Positions 34,808 to 43,585 of a DNA stretch of 64,000 nucleotides are shown piece by piece. A model generated the notes under the pieces. That model was not told the origin of the DNA. It was given only the letters and a program-made list of their open reading frames with translations, and did not search any database. Origin of the DNA: Terriglobia bacterium (GTDB taxonomy: Bacteria > Acidobacteriota > Polarisedimenticolia > Polarisedimenticolales > CAVOVZ01); assembly GCA_963699985.1 (NCBI GenBank), contig CAVOVZ010000013.1, forward strand, positions 327,852 through 391,851, in the 5' to 3' direction. The stretch's first letter is position 1. Each line of letters opens with the position of its first letter. A program made the translations under genes and the position numbers.

Positions 34808-35988
34808 GCCGGCTGACCGTGCGGCTGGCCGTCTGCCTGGCCGGAGTGTATGGGCTCGCCGCGTGGCAGTTCCACCGCGCCTCGGAGATCTCCCCGGACC
34901 TCGGTAGCCGCTCCGCGTGGTGGATCGCCGGCCCGTCGGGAAGGGCCCTGGCCGAGGCCGCGGTTCTCCGGATCGAAGAGGCGCTGCGTGTCCTGCACGA
35001 CCGGAACGAGACCGGCAGCGCGAGGATCGAGCGGTACCGGGCCGGGCTCCGATCCGCGGAGCGTCTCCTCGAGCGCAGCCTTCTCGCCGAGCCTGCGTCG
35101 GCGCGCGCCATCGCCCGTCTCGGCGCGGTTCGCTGGGAGCTCCGCGCGCCGGATGCGGATGACGGATCGAGCGGATCGCACGCGCTCCTCGATCTGGCGT
35201 CCGGCATCGCCCCGGATGCCCCGAGCGTGCAGGTTCTGCTGGGAGAGCTGAATCTGCAGATCGGCCGGCCGGACGTGGCGGCGCGACGCCTGAGGAGGGC
35301 CGTCGAGCTGGACCCGGCCCTGGCCGCCCGGGCCGTGGCTTCGTTTCGCGACCACATGATCGCCGCCCGCGCGATCCTCGATGCCCTGCCTCGCTCCGTT
35401 TCGGTCCTCATCGCCCTCAAGGAGCCGTTCTTCGAGGACGGCGCCCCCGACGAATACCTCGAAGCGCTGGAGGAGTCGCTCGAGAGCGGTCGCCTCGAGC
35501 TGCTGCCGGCGTACGCGGAAGCCTCCCTGCGCGCGCGGCGCGAGCGGCGGCTTCTCGCAGGCCTCGACGCGCTCGACCTCTCCGCTGCCGGGCCGGTCGA
35601 TCGGGCCCTGTGGAGCACCCAGCGGTCCCGCGCGCTCCTGGCCCTGGGCGATGCGGGCGCCGCGCTCGACGCGGCCCTGGGCGCCCGTGCGATCCAGCCG
35701 GAGGATCCGAGGGTCCTGGAGCAGCTGGGCCGGGCCGCGCTCGCCACCGGCGACGCGAACGCGGCGGTCGCGGCGTTTCGCGAATCCCTGTCCGCGGTGG
35801 CGAGGAGCGCCGACCATCCCGGCTGGCGCGCCCGCCTCTACCGGCAGATCGGGGAAGCCGAAGAGAAGCGCCGGAACATGGCTCGCGCCCTGGACTCGTA
35901 CCGCAAAGCGCTCGCCCTGAATCCGGAAGACTCCGCCGCTCGACGGCGCATCGACGAGATGGAGTCCGTCCCGCTCCCGACGCGATGA
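34804..35988 (+). CDS. Membrane-anchored helical-repeat (TPR-like) protein, paralogue 1
   Basis: TTG 34804 overlaps the upstream stop (TTGA). N-terminal TM LTVRLAVCLAGVYGLAAW. Ala/Leu/Arg-rich helices end in a TPR-like ...ARALDSYRKALALNPEDSAARRRIDEM. Confidence 0.6.
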   Translation: MSRLTVRLAVCLAGVYGLAAWQFHRASEISPDLGSRSAWWIAGPSGRALAEAAVLRIEEALRVLHDRNETGSARIERYRAGLRSAERLLERSLLAEPASARAIARLGAVRWELRAPDADDGSSGSHALLDLASGIAPDAPSVQVLLGELNLQIGRPDVAARRLRRAVELDPALAARAVASFRDHMIAARAILDALPRSVSVLIALKEPFFEDGAPDEYLEALEESLESGRLELLPAYAEASLRARRERRLLAGLDALDLSAAGPVDRALWSTQRSRALLALGDAGAALDAALGARAIQPEDPRVLEQLGRAALATGDANAAVAAFRESLSAVARSADHPGWRARLYRQIGEAEEKRRNMARALDSYRKALALNPEDSAARRRIDEMESVPLPTR

Positions 35989-36073
35989 AGAGCGATCCTG
36001 GATTCGGGGACGGCGTACCATGCGGCCCGACCGGTGCGCGCAAGCCGGGAGAATCGGGCATTCGGAGAGACCC

Positions 36074-36643
36074 ATGAGCGAGAGTTTCTTCCGGCACCCT
36101 CTCGCCCTCGTCGAGAGCGACGAGATCGGAGCGGGAACGCGAATCTGGGCGTGGGCGCACGTCATGAAGGGAGCGCGCCTGGGCGCGGACTGCAACATCG
36201 GGGAGCACTGCTTCATCGAGCGCGGCGCCGTTCTCGGAGATCGCGTCACGGTGAAGAACGGCGTCGCGGTATGGGAAGGGGTGACCGCCGAGGACGACGT
36301 GTTCCTCGGACCCAGCGCGGTGCTGACCAACGACCTGCGGCCGCGCAGCAAGGTCTACCACGATCGTCCGGCTGCGACGCTGCTGCGACGGGGCGCAACC
36401 GTCGGGGCCAACGCGACCCTCCTGTGCGGGATCACGGTCGGCCGTCACGCGATGATCGGGGCCGGCGCCGTGGTCACCCGTGACGTTCCGGACCACGGCC
36501 TGGTCTTCGGCAACCCAGCGCGACTCCGCGGGTACGTATGCGCCTGCTCCCTGGCTCTCGAGTTCCGCGCCGACGAGGCGCTCTGCCCCTGCGGGCGCAG
36601 GTTCGTGCGGCGCGATCGTGTGGAAGAGGCGATCGGGAGTTGA
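36074..36643 (+). CDS. Left-handed beta-helix sugar N-acetyltransferase (WbpD/WlbB-like)
   Basis: ATG 36074. Hexapeptide repeats ...IGAGTRIWAWAHVMKGARLGADCNIGEHCFIERGAVLGDRVTVKNGVAVWEGVTAEDDVFLGPSAVLTNDLRPRS. Confidence 0.85.
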   Translation: MSESFFRHPLALVESDEIGAGTRIWAWAHVMKGARLGADCNIGEHCFIERGAVLGDRVTVKNGVAVWEGVTAEDDVFLGPSAVLTNDLRPRSKVYHDRPAATLLRRGATVGANATLLCGITVGRHAMIGAGAVVTRDVPDHGLVFGNPARLRGYVCACSLALEFRADEALCPCGRRFVRRDRVEEAIGS

Positions 36644-37437
36644 GCGCTCTCGAACGCACCGGGGAATCCCGGTCAGGACCGCGCGCCCGACGCGCTCCGG
36701 ATTGGATTCGGGCCGTTGCGCGAGCCGTTCGCAGAGTGCTCAGCGCCGGGACGGCTCTCCTGCTGCGCCCGCTCCTGGTGCGGGAGTGGCGTCGGCAGTG
36801 GCGTTCGTGGCGCAACGAGCGCCCGGTGGAGTACGCGTTCGCCCTCGCATGCCTCGCGGAGAGCTACCCCGCGGAAGTGCTCGACGTGGGGGCCGGAAAG
36901 ACCGCGTGGCCACGCGTCCTCGCCGACTGCGGCTTCCGGGTCACCGCGGTGGACGAGGGGGGAGCGTACTGGGCGGGAGGGCTCGTCAACCGGCACTTCC
37001 TCGTGCTCCGCGACGACGTGACCGGGCCGACGATCGAAGCCCGGTTCGATTTCGTCACGTGCATCAGCGTGCTGGAGCACATTCCGAACCACGACGCGGC
37101 GGTCCGAGGCATGTTCCGGCTGCTCCGGCCCGGAGGGCGCGTGGTGATCACCTGCCCTTACGCCGAGGGCCGTTTCGTCGAGGATGTCTACCGCCTTCCG
37201 GGCGCCGGGTACGGCCGGCACGCGTCGTACATCTGCCGGATCTACTCTCGGCGGGAGGTCGACGGTTGGCTCGCCGCGAACGGTGCGCGGCTGGTTCGTC
37301 AGGAGTACTTCGAGGCGTTCACGGGGGATCTCTGGACCGTCGGCGAGCGGTTGTACCCTCCTCGCAGGGTCGGAGCTTCCGACCGGCACCACCTCACGTG
37401 CCTCCTGCTCGAGAAGCCTCGATCCGACGAGGCGTAG
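36640..37437 (+). CDS. Class I SAM-dependent methyltransferase
   Basis: TTG 36640 overlaps the upstream stop (TTGA). Contains VLDVGAGKTAWPRVLADCGFRVTAVD, ...FDFVTCISVLEHIP... and ...LLRPGGRVVITCPY. Confidence 0.7.
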   Translation: MSALERTGESRSGPRARRAPDWIRAVARAVRRVLSAGTALLLRPLLVREWRRQWRSWRNERPVEYAFALACLAESYPAEVLDVGAGKTAWPRVLADCGFRVTAVDEGGAYWAGGLVNRHFLVLRDDVTGPTIEARFDFVTCISVLEHIPNHDAAVRGMFRLLRPGGRVVITCPYAEGRFVEDVYRLPGAGYGRHASYICRIYSRREVDGWLAANGARLVRQEYFEAFTGDLWTVGERLYPPRRVGASDRHHLTCLLLEKPRSDEA

Positions 37438-37449
37438 CCGGCGGGTCGG

Positions 37450-37479
37450 TTGACGGTTTTTGCAGCGACATTCTAGACT
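37450..37479 (+). promoter_or_regulatory. Sigma70-like promoter candidate (TTGACG-N18-TAGACT)
   Basis: Hexamers at 37450-37455 and 37474-37479. This would give a very short leader before ATG 37489. Confidence 0.3.
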
Positions 37480-37488
37480 CCCCCGGTC

Positions 37489-38715
37489 ATGCGTCGATTC
37501 GCGGTTTGCCTGCTCTTCGTCCTCGCGGCAGCCGTCGATGCGCGCGCGGCCGATCCTCTCTCGCCCCCGGACATCGGACGCTTCCTGCGATGGGGTCCGA
37601 TCCGCGTGCGCCCGGGGTTCGCGATTCCCGCGCTGGGCTACGACGACAACGTGTATTCCAGCTCGGAATCCTCGTCCAGCGAGGGGGCGTATCTGATCCG
37701 GCTGTCGCCGCGCGTCGAGGGACTGGTGCTGTTCGGCGACGCGGCGTTTCTCACGTTCAAGGAGCGCCTGGACTACACGGCCTATCCGGGGCTGAGCACA
37801 CTGAACTACTTCGAGAACCAGGGATCCGCCCGGCTCACCGTTCCCTTCAGGCGGATCGGCGCGTACGCCGATTTCGCGCTGAACCGCCTCAAGGACCCTC
37901 CGGCCAGCGAGATCGACTCTCGACCGGTGCGACGGGAGAAGCGTCTCGGCGCCGGACTTCTGTTCCGGATCGGCTGGCGCATGGACGCGGACGTGAGCGT
38001 CGTGAGAAGCGACTGGACGAACCAGGACCCCGACTACATCTCGGACGAAGGGTTCACGATCGAAGAACTCCTGAACCGTACGGAGCGGGGATGGCAGTCC
38101 AAGCTGCGCTACCGAGCGTCGGGAATCACACGGCTCACCCTGGACGTCTCGCGACGGGACATCGTGTTCGACGATCCCGACGTGAGGCGCGACACGACGC
38201 AGAGCTCGGTGATGCCGGGTCTGGAGTTCAGCTCGGGAGGCCCGCTCGCGGGCACCGTAAGGATCGGTTCCGTCCGTCTCGATGCGAAGGCCGAGGAGGT
38301 CTCGGATTACTCCGGACCGGTGGGGGACGCGGCGCTCGTGTGGCGCATTTCTCAGGCGACCTCGGCCCGGCTCGAGGGGGGCCGGCGAGTCGGCTTCGCG
38401 ATCTATCAAACGAATCGGTACTTCCAGAGCGACTTCGAGGAGATCCGCGGCGTCCATTACCTGACTCGCATCGTCGGCGTCGAGATCGGCGGCGGGCGCG
38501 AGCGGCTCGAGTTCCCCGGTTCCGTCGACCTCGACCCCCGAGTCGACCGAGTCCGGCGGCTGTCGGCCGGGGTGCGGCTGCGGCTTCCGGAATCGGTCCT
38601 CGGCCGTGCCGCGGAGTACACCGTCGGGATCTCCCGGCGCCGCCGCGACTCGAGCGACGATACCCTCGATCTGTCTCGGACCGTCTTCGCGTTCGGCGCT
38701 TCGCTGGGCTTCTGA
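37489..38715 (+). CDS. Predicted outer-membrane beta-barrel protein of the EPS export module
   Basis: Signal peptide MRRFAVCLLFVLAAAVDARA-AD. Alternating hydrophobic beta-strand pattern throughout. C-terminal ...TVFAFGASLGF* has the terminal aromatic residue typical of OMPs. Confidence 0.7.
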   Translation: MRRFAVCLLFVLAAAVDARAADPLSPPDIGRFLRWGPIRVRPGFAIPALGYDDNVYSSSESSSSEGAYLIRLSPRVEGLVLFGDAAFLTFKERLDYTAYPGLSTLNYFENQGSARLTVPFRRIGAYADFALNRLKDPPASEIDSRPVRREKRLGAGLLFRIGWRMDADVSVVRSDWTNQDPDYISDEGFTIEELLNRTERGWQSKLRYRASGITRLTLDVSRRDIVFDDPDVRRDTTQSSVMPGLEFSSGGPLAGTVRIGSVRLDAKAEEVSDYSGPVGDAALVWRISQATSARLEGGRRVGFAIYQTNRYFQSDFEEIRGVHYLTRIVGVEIGGGRERLEFPGSVDLDPRVDRVRRLSAGVRLRLPESVLGRAAEYTVGISRRRRDSSDDTLDLSRTVFAFGASLGF

Positions 38716-38800
38716 TGCGTGCCGGCGTGGCGGGACCGGACCGGTCGGCTATACTCCTGGTCGGCTCTGGCGACCGCATGCCTCGAGGAGCGGGCCCCCG

Positions 38801-39745
38801 GTGATCACACGACTCCCCCCGATGATCGCTGTCCTGGCGCTCTTCACGGTGACGAGCCTCGCGCAGCCGCCGGGAGGCGACGATGCTCTTCCGCCCGAGG
38901 GGGGGGCGGGAATCGTGCTCGAGGCGCTCCCCGCGGACCCGACGATTCTCCGCGGACACGGGCTGCCCGATGCGAAAGGCGGATCCGACTACCGGATCGG
39001 CCGGCAGGACCTCCTCGAGATTCGTGTCTTCGACCTCGACCAGATGAATCAGACCGTGCGGGTCACCGATGACGGATCGATCACCCTGCCCCTGCTGGGA
39101 CGACTGGCCGTGGCCGGGCTGTCGAAGAGCGAGCTCGAGGCCCTGATCACGCGCCTGCTCGAGGCACGATTCGTTCGAGACCCCCAGGTCACGATCTTCG
39201 TCAAGGAATACGAGTCGAAGAAGGTGGCCGTGAGCGGAGCGGTCAAGAAGCCCGGCTCCTACGAGATGCTCGGCGAGAAGACTCTGCTCGAGATGATCTC
39301 CTTCGCCGGCGGTCTCGACCGCGACCTCGGACAGGAGATCGTCATCTTCCGCCGGGGCGACGACGGCACGACGCGGCGCATCCCGGTGGACCTGAGGCGG
39401 CTCATCTTCGACGCGGACCCGACCCTGAACCTCGCGGTGGAGCCCGGCGACATCATCTACGTGACCACGGTCGAGACGGTTCGGATCTTCGTGAGCGGTG
39501 CCGTGAAGAACCCCAATCTCTACGAGGTTCCTCGGTCCGAGCCGGTCACGGTGCTCAAGGCGATCACCCTGGCGGGCGGGACCACCGACCGGGCCTCGGA
39601 ACGAAGGGTGCAGATCATCCGGACGGACGCGGCCGGCGCTCGGACCACGATCGCCGTGGATCTCCGGAAAGTGAAAAAGGGTCAGGCTCCCGATCCTGTT
39701 CTCGAAAAGGACGACCTCGTGCTGGTTCCGGAGGCGTTCTTCTGA
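38801..39745 (+). CDS. Polysaccharide export protein (Wza/EpsA family: Poly_export + SLBB domains)
   Basis: GTG 38801 (or ATG 38822). Contains YRIGRQDLLEIRVFDLDQMNQTVRVTDDGSITLPLLGRLAVAGLSKSELEALI... and ...VSGAVKKPGSYEM...VSGAVKNPNLYEV. Confidence 0.9.
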   Translation: MITRLPPMIAVLALFTVTSLAQPPGGDDALPPEGGAGIVLEALPADPTILRGHGLPDAKGGSDYRIGRQDLLEIRVFDLDQMNQTVRVTDDGSITLPLLGRLAVAGLSKSELEALITRLLEARFVRDPQVTIFVKEYESKKVAVSGAVKKPGSYEMLGEKTLLEMISFAGGLDRDLGQEIVIFRRGDDGTTRRIPVDLRRLIFDADPTLNLAVEPGDIIYVTTVETVRIFVSGAVKNPNLYEVPRSEPVTVLKAITLAGGTTDRASERRVQIIRTDAAGARTTIAVDLRKVKKGQAPDPVLEKDDLVLVPEAFF

Positions 39746-41982
39746 TGGAAGGCCGGGCGCGTCACCTGCTCGACTACTGGGCGGTATTCCGCCGCCGGCG
39801 ATGGGTGTTGCTCTTCGCCGTCTCCACCGCCACGACGCTCGCTCTGGTCGGCTCCATCCTCTCGACTCGCCTGTACCGGGCCACCGCCACGCTCCAGATC
39901 GAGCGCCTGAACCCGGACATCCTCTCGATCAAGGACCTGGCCCGCGTGGACTACAACTGGGCGGCCTACGCCGACTACTACCAGACGCAGTACAAGATCC
40001 TGGCGAGCGAGGCCGTCGCCCGCGGGGCTGTCGAGGCCCTCAACCTGACCGCCCACCCGCTGTTCGCCCCGCAGCAGCCGGCCGGCTCGCTGCTCCAGAA
40101 GGTCCGCTCGCTGCTTCCGGGTGGCGCGGCCCGCTCCCGGCCAGCCGACCCGGCCCTCGCCGCCGCCCGCGCCGTGCTGGCGCGTCTCCAGGTGACACCC
40201 ATCCGCGGCTCGCAGCTCGTCCAGGTCTCCTGGGTGGCATCCGATCCGGAACTTGCCGCGCAGGTCGCGAATGCCCTGGCAAAAGCTTACATCGAGTTCA
40301 ACATGGGGTTGCAGTACGAGTCCTCGGGCGATGCCTCGGGGTTCCTGGAGCAACAGATCGCCGACCTGAAGCGCGAGCTCAACCAGCTCGAGACGACGCT
40401 CCAGGATTATGGCGAATCCAAGAACATCGTTTCCATCGACGACGCGAATAACGTCACCATGCGCGCCCTCGCGGACATTGCTCAGCGGCGGACCGAGTGC
40501 CAGACCGCGCTGGCGCGCGCCGAGGCGACGTACAAGGCCGTCCTTGCGTCTCCCGAGGAGGTCCTCGCCGAGGCGCAGAACCCGGGGCTCATCAATCGTC
40601 TGCGAGAGGATTACGCCCGCTACGAGGCCGAGTACTCGGAGAAGTCCAGGCTCTTCAAGGCCGACTGGCCGGAGCTGCAGACCCTCACCTCGAAGATGGA
40701 GCAGGCCAAGCAGCGGTTAGAGGAGGGAATCAGGACGACCGCCTCCCACGCGACTCTGTCCGCCGAGTCCGAGTACCGGAAGGCCGCCCGAGAGCTGGCC
40801 AACCTCACCGGGCTGCTGCGCGACCAGGAAGACGCGGCCCAGCAACTCAAGCGCGACGCGGTCGAGTTTGCGAACCTGCAGAGCGACGCCAAGAAGAAGC
40901 GCGATTCACTCAACAGCCTGATCGCCCGAAAGAACGACATGGCCCTGTCCACACGCCTCAAGGACGTCAAGGCGAGCCTGAGCAACATCCGCGTCGTGGA
41001 GAGCGCACAGGCCCCGGAGGCCCCGTTCCGGCCCAACACGCGGCTCAATCTACTGGTCGGGTTGATCGCGGGCCTCGGTCTGGGCGCCTGTGCCGCGTTC
41101 CTCCTCGAGGCGCTGGACAACACCGTCCGCTCGGCGGTCGACGTGGAACGGGCCTCGTCGCTGCCGGCGCTGGCCCTCGTTCCCAGGCACGGCCCCTCGG
41201 CTTCCACCGGCCGCGCCAGGCCGGCGGCGCCTGCGGAAGTGGAATCGATCGACCTGGTGGCATATCGCGCCGGACAAGCCGCGGCCACCGAGGCGTACCG
41301 TGGCCTGCGCACCGCGCTGCTGCTGTCGAACCCCGGCGGGGCGCCGCGGCAGATCCTGTTCACCAGCGCGCTGCCGGAGGAAGGGAAGTCGGCCACCGCC
41401 GTGAATCTGGCCGTCGTCTTCGCGCAGCTCGGCCGGCGTGTTCTGCTCGTCGATGCGGATCTGCGCCGCCCGAGGCTGCACAGGATCTTCGGGTTGGACA
41501 ACGGCGGCGGCCTGAGCACCTACCTTTCGGGAATGGAAGCCGACCCCCGCCGACTCTCGCGCGCGACGGAGGTGGAGCACCTCGAGCTGATGTCCAGCGG
41601 GCCGATCCCTCCCAACCCCTCCGAGCTCCTCAACTCGAGGCAGTTCGCGCAGATGGGGCCGCGCTTCCTCGAGCAGGGGTACGACCATGTGATCTACGAC
41701 GCGCCCCCGGGCCTCGCCGTGTCCGATCCGATCGTCATCGCGAGCGTCGTGGACGCGGTCGTTGTCGTCGCCAGGTCGGGCAGAACGCCCCGTCAGTCGC
41801 TCCGGCTGGTGGTCGAGAAACTCTCTCAAGCGGGGGCGCGCCCCGTCGGTGTCGTTTTGAACGACATGGACGTTCACGCACGCGGCTACGGCTACGATGC
41901 CTACTATGCGCAGCACGACCCTTCGGCGGAGGTCGCGCCGGCGGAGCGCGGCGGGAGGCGGCGGCGCGCGGGTATCGTCTAG
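39745..41982 (+). CDS. Polysaccharide co-polymerase / BY-tyrosine autokinase (Wzc/GumC-like), copy 2
   Basis: ATG 39745 overlaps the wza stop (TGATG). Contains LYRATATLQIE..., P-loop SALPEEGKSATAVNLA, LLVDADLRRPRLH and the C-terminal Tyr cluster GYGYDAYYAQ. Confidence 0.9.
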   Translation: MEGRARHLLDYWAVFRRRRWVLLFAVSTATTLALVGSILSTRLYRATATLQIERLNPDILSIKDLARVDYNWAAYADYYQTQYKILASEAVARGAVEALNLTAHPLFAPQQPAGSLLQKVRSLLPGGAARSRPADPALAAARAVLARLQVTPIRGSQLVQVSWVASDPELAAQVANALAKAYIEFNMGLQYESSGDASGFLEQQIADLKRELNQLETTLQDYGESKNIVSIDDANNVTMRALADIAQRRTECQTALARAEATYKAVLASPEEVLAEAQNPGLINRLREDYARYEAEYSEKSRLFKADWPELQTLTSKMEQAKQRLEEGIRTTASHATLSAESEYRKAARELANLTGLLRDQEDAAQQLKRDAVEFANLQSDAKKKRDSLNSLIARKNDMALSTRLKDVKASLSNIRVVESAQAPEAPFRPNTRLNLLVGLIAGLGLGACAAFLLEALDNTVRSAVDVERASSLPALALVPRHGPSASTGRARPAAPAEVESIDLVAYRAGQAAATEAYRGLRTALLLSNPGGAPRQILFTSALPEEGKSATAVNLAVVFAQLGRRVLLVDADLRRPRLHRIFGLDNGGGLSTYLSGMEADPRRLSRATEVEHLELMSSGPIPPNPSELLNSRQFAQMGPRFLEQGYDHVIYDAPPGLAVSDPIVIASVVDAVVVVARSGRTPRQSLRLVVEKLSQAGARPVGVVLNDMDVHARGYGYDAYYAQHDPSAEVAPAERGGRRRRAGIV

Positions 41983-42118
41983 TGTCCCGAGCCACAGGTG
42001 CGCCGGGTGCCGCAAAGACCCGTCGGCGGCCCGGGCGGCGCACGCGGACGACGGAGCACCCGGCGCACTCCGGGAACGCGCAACGCAGCCGGGAACGTCG
42101 AGGGGACTGGCCACGTAG

Positions 42119-43585
42119 GTGACGCACTCTCGACTCGAAACACAGGAGCCGCTCGAGAATGGGCTCGACGAACCGGCGCGAACTCGCGCGGATGCGGCTG
42201 CAGCCATTCTCGAGATCGGCCTCGCCTGCGTCGTCGTGATCGCTCCGCTTCCGTTCGGCTCCGTCTCTCCACCCGGACGGCTGTTCCTCGAGATCGCGTC
42301 GCTCGTGCTTCTTGCGGTGTGGCTTTTCCGGTCGTTCCTCGGCCCAGCCCGACTTCCTTCGACCGCTGCGGCGATCGGCCTCGGGGGGCTGTTGCTCCTG
42401 GCCGTCGCTCAGGCGCTCCCCGTGGGGGAATCCCTCGCAGCCGCTCTGTCCCCCTTCGCGGCTCAGGTGCGCCGGGACCTGCGGCCCGTGGGGGCTGCGC
42501 TCGACGCGGAACGACGGCTGCTCGGCGCCGATCCGGCGGGCCTCGACGGAAGCGCGACGATCTCCGTCGATCCCGAGGCGACGGCGTCCGCCGCTCGGAC
42601 CGGTGCGGCACTCGTGGCGCTCTTCCTCGTCGCGACCACGGTCGTTCGCACGCGGGGCCCCGTCCTGCTTTCGCTGTCGCTCCTGGTGTCCGCCTCGTTT
42701 CAGGCGTTGTACGGCGTCCTGATCCTCGCATCCGCGGATCCGATGATCTGGAACGTCCCCAAGCGGTACTACCGCGACTGCGCGACCGGCACCTTCGTGA
42801 ACCGGAACCACTTCGCCGGTTTCCTGAGCGCGGCCCTTCCCTGCGGAATGGCCCTCGCGATCTCGGCCGCCCGACGGATTCCCCTCGCTCGCGGGACCCG
42901 CGCCAGGATCCTGGCCCTGTCCGGCGGGCGCGGGGTGCAGGCGCTGCTGCTGGCGCTCCTGATCCTCGTCGGGCTCGCGGGGCTGCTCCTGTCGTTCTCA
43001 CGCACCGGCATCGCACTGGGAATGGGCGGGCTGACCTTCACCGCCTTCGCCTCCGGTCGGCGTGGGATGAAAGCCAGAGTTCTTGCTCTTGCGCTCCTGT
43101 TCGCGGTGGCCGCGATTCCGCTGGCCCAGATCGGCGCCGAGCGGCTCGTGAGTCGCTACGCCCGCGCGGATGACGACCTCGCGGCTCCCAGCGGCCGCGC
43201 AACCGTCTGGAACGATACGCTCGGGATGATCCGCGCGGCTCCCGTGTTCGGCGTGGGATTCGGCGCGTTCGAGAGAGCGTATCCGCTGTTCCGGTCCAAG
43301 GAGATCCGCGCGCGCTACGACCACGCGCACAACGACGCCCTCCAGGTCGTGGCCGAAGGGGGCGCGGTCGGAGCGGCGTTCGCGATGGTGCTGCTGCTGG
43401 TCGTGGCGAAGGACCTCGTCCGCGGCCTCTCCGGGGCAGGAGGCGCGCTGGGCGTTGGCATCGCATGCGGGCTCGGCGCCCTCCTGCTCCACGCGCTGGT
43501 GGACTTCAACTTCCACATCCCGGCGAACGCAGCCACCGCCGCGGTCCTTGCTGGGACGCTGCACGGGATGCCGTGGGATCGGTGA
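42119..43585 (+). CDS. O-antigen ligase-like (Wzy_C family) polytopic membrane protein, copy 2
   Basis: GTG 42119. Paralogous to 19908-21350 (...PLPFGSV..., ...NRNHFAGFLSAALP..., ...LSFSRTGIALG..., ...GVGFGAFERAY...YDHAHNDALQVVAEGG). Confidence 0.8.
   Translation: MTHSRLETQEPLENGLDEPARTRADAAAAILEIGLACVVVIAPLPFGSVSPPGRLFLEIASLVLLAVWLFRSFLGPARLPSTAAAIGLGGLLLLAVAQALPVGESLAAALSPFAAQVRRDLRPVGAALDAERRLLGADPAGLDGSATISVDPEATASAARTGAALVALFLVATTVVRTRGPVLLSLSLLVSASFQALYGVLILASADPMIWNVPKRYYRDCATGTFVNRNHFAGFLSAALPCGMALAISAARRIPLARGTRARILALSGGRGVQALLLALLILVGLAGLLLSFSRTGIALGMGGLTFTAFASGRRGMKARVLALALLFAVAAIPLAQIGAERLVSRYARADDDLAAPSGRATVWNDTLGMIRAAPVFGVGFGAFERAYPLFRSKEIRARYDHAHNDALQVVAEGGAVGAAFAMVLLLVVAKDLVRGLSGAGGALGVGIACGLGALLLHALVDFNFHIPANAATAAVLAGTLHGMPWDR

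Noticed and set aside
36480-38804. 774-aa plus-strand ORF, and the 594-aa minus-strand ORF 36673-38457, across the methyltransferase/OMP genes
   Set aside because: Both are out-of-frame or antisense to well-supported genes. Their translations are Arg/Pro-rich low complexity.
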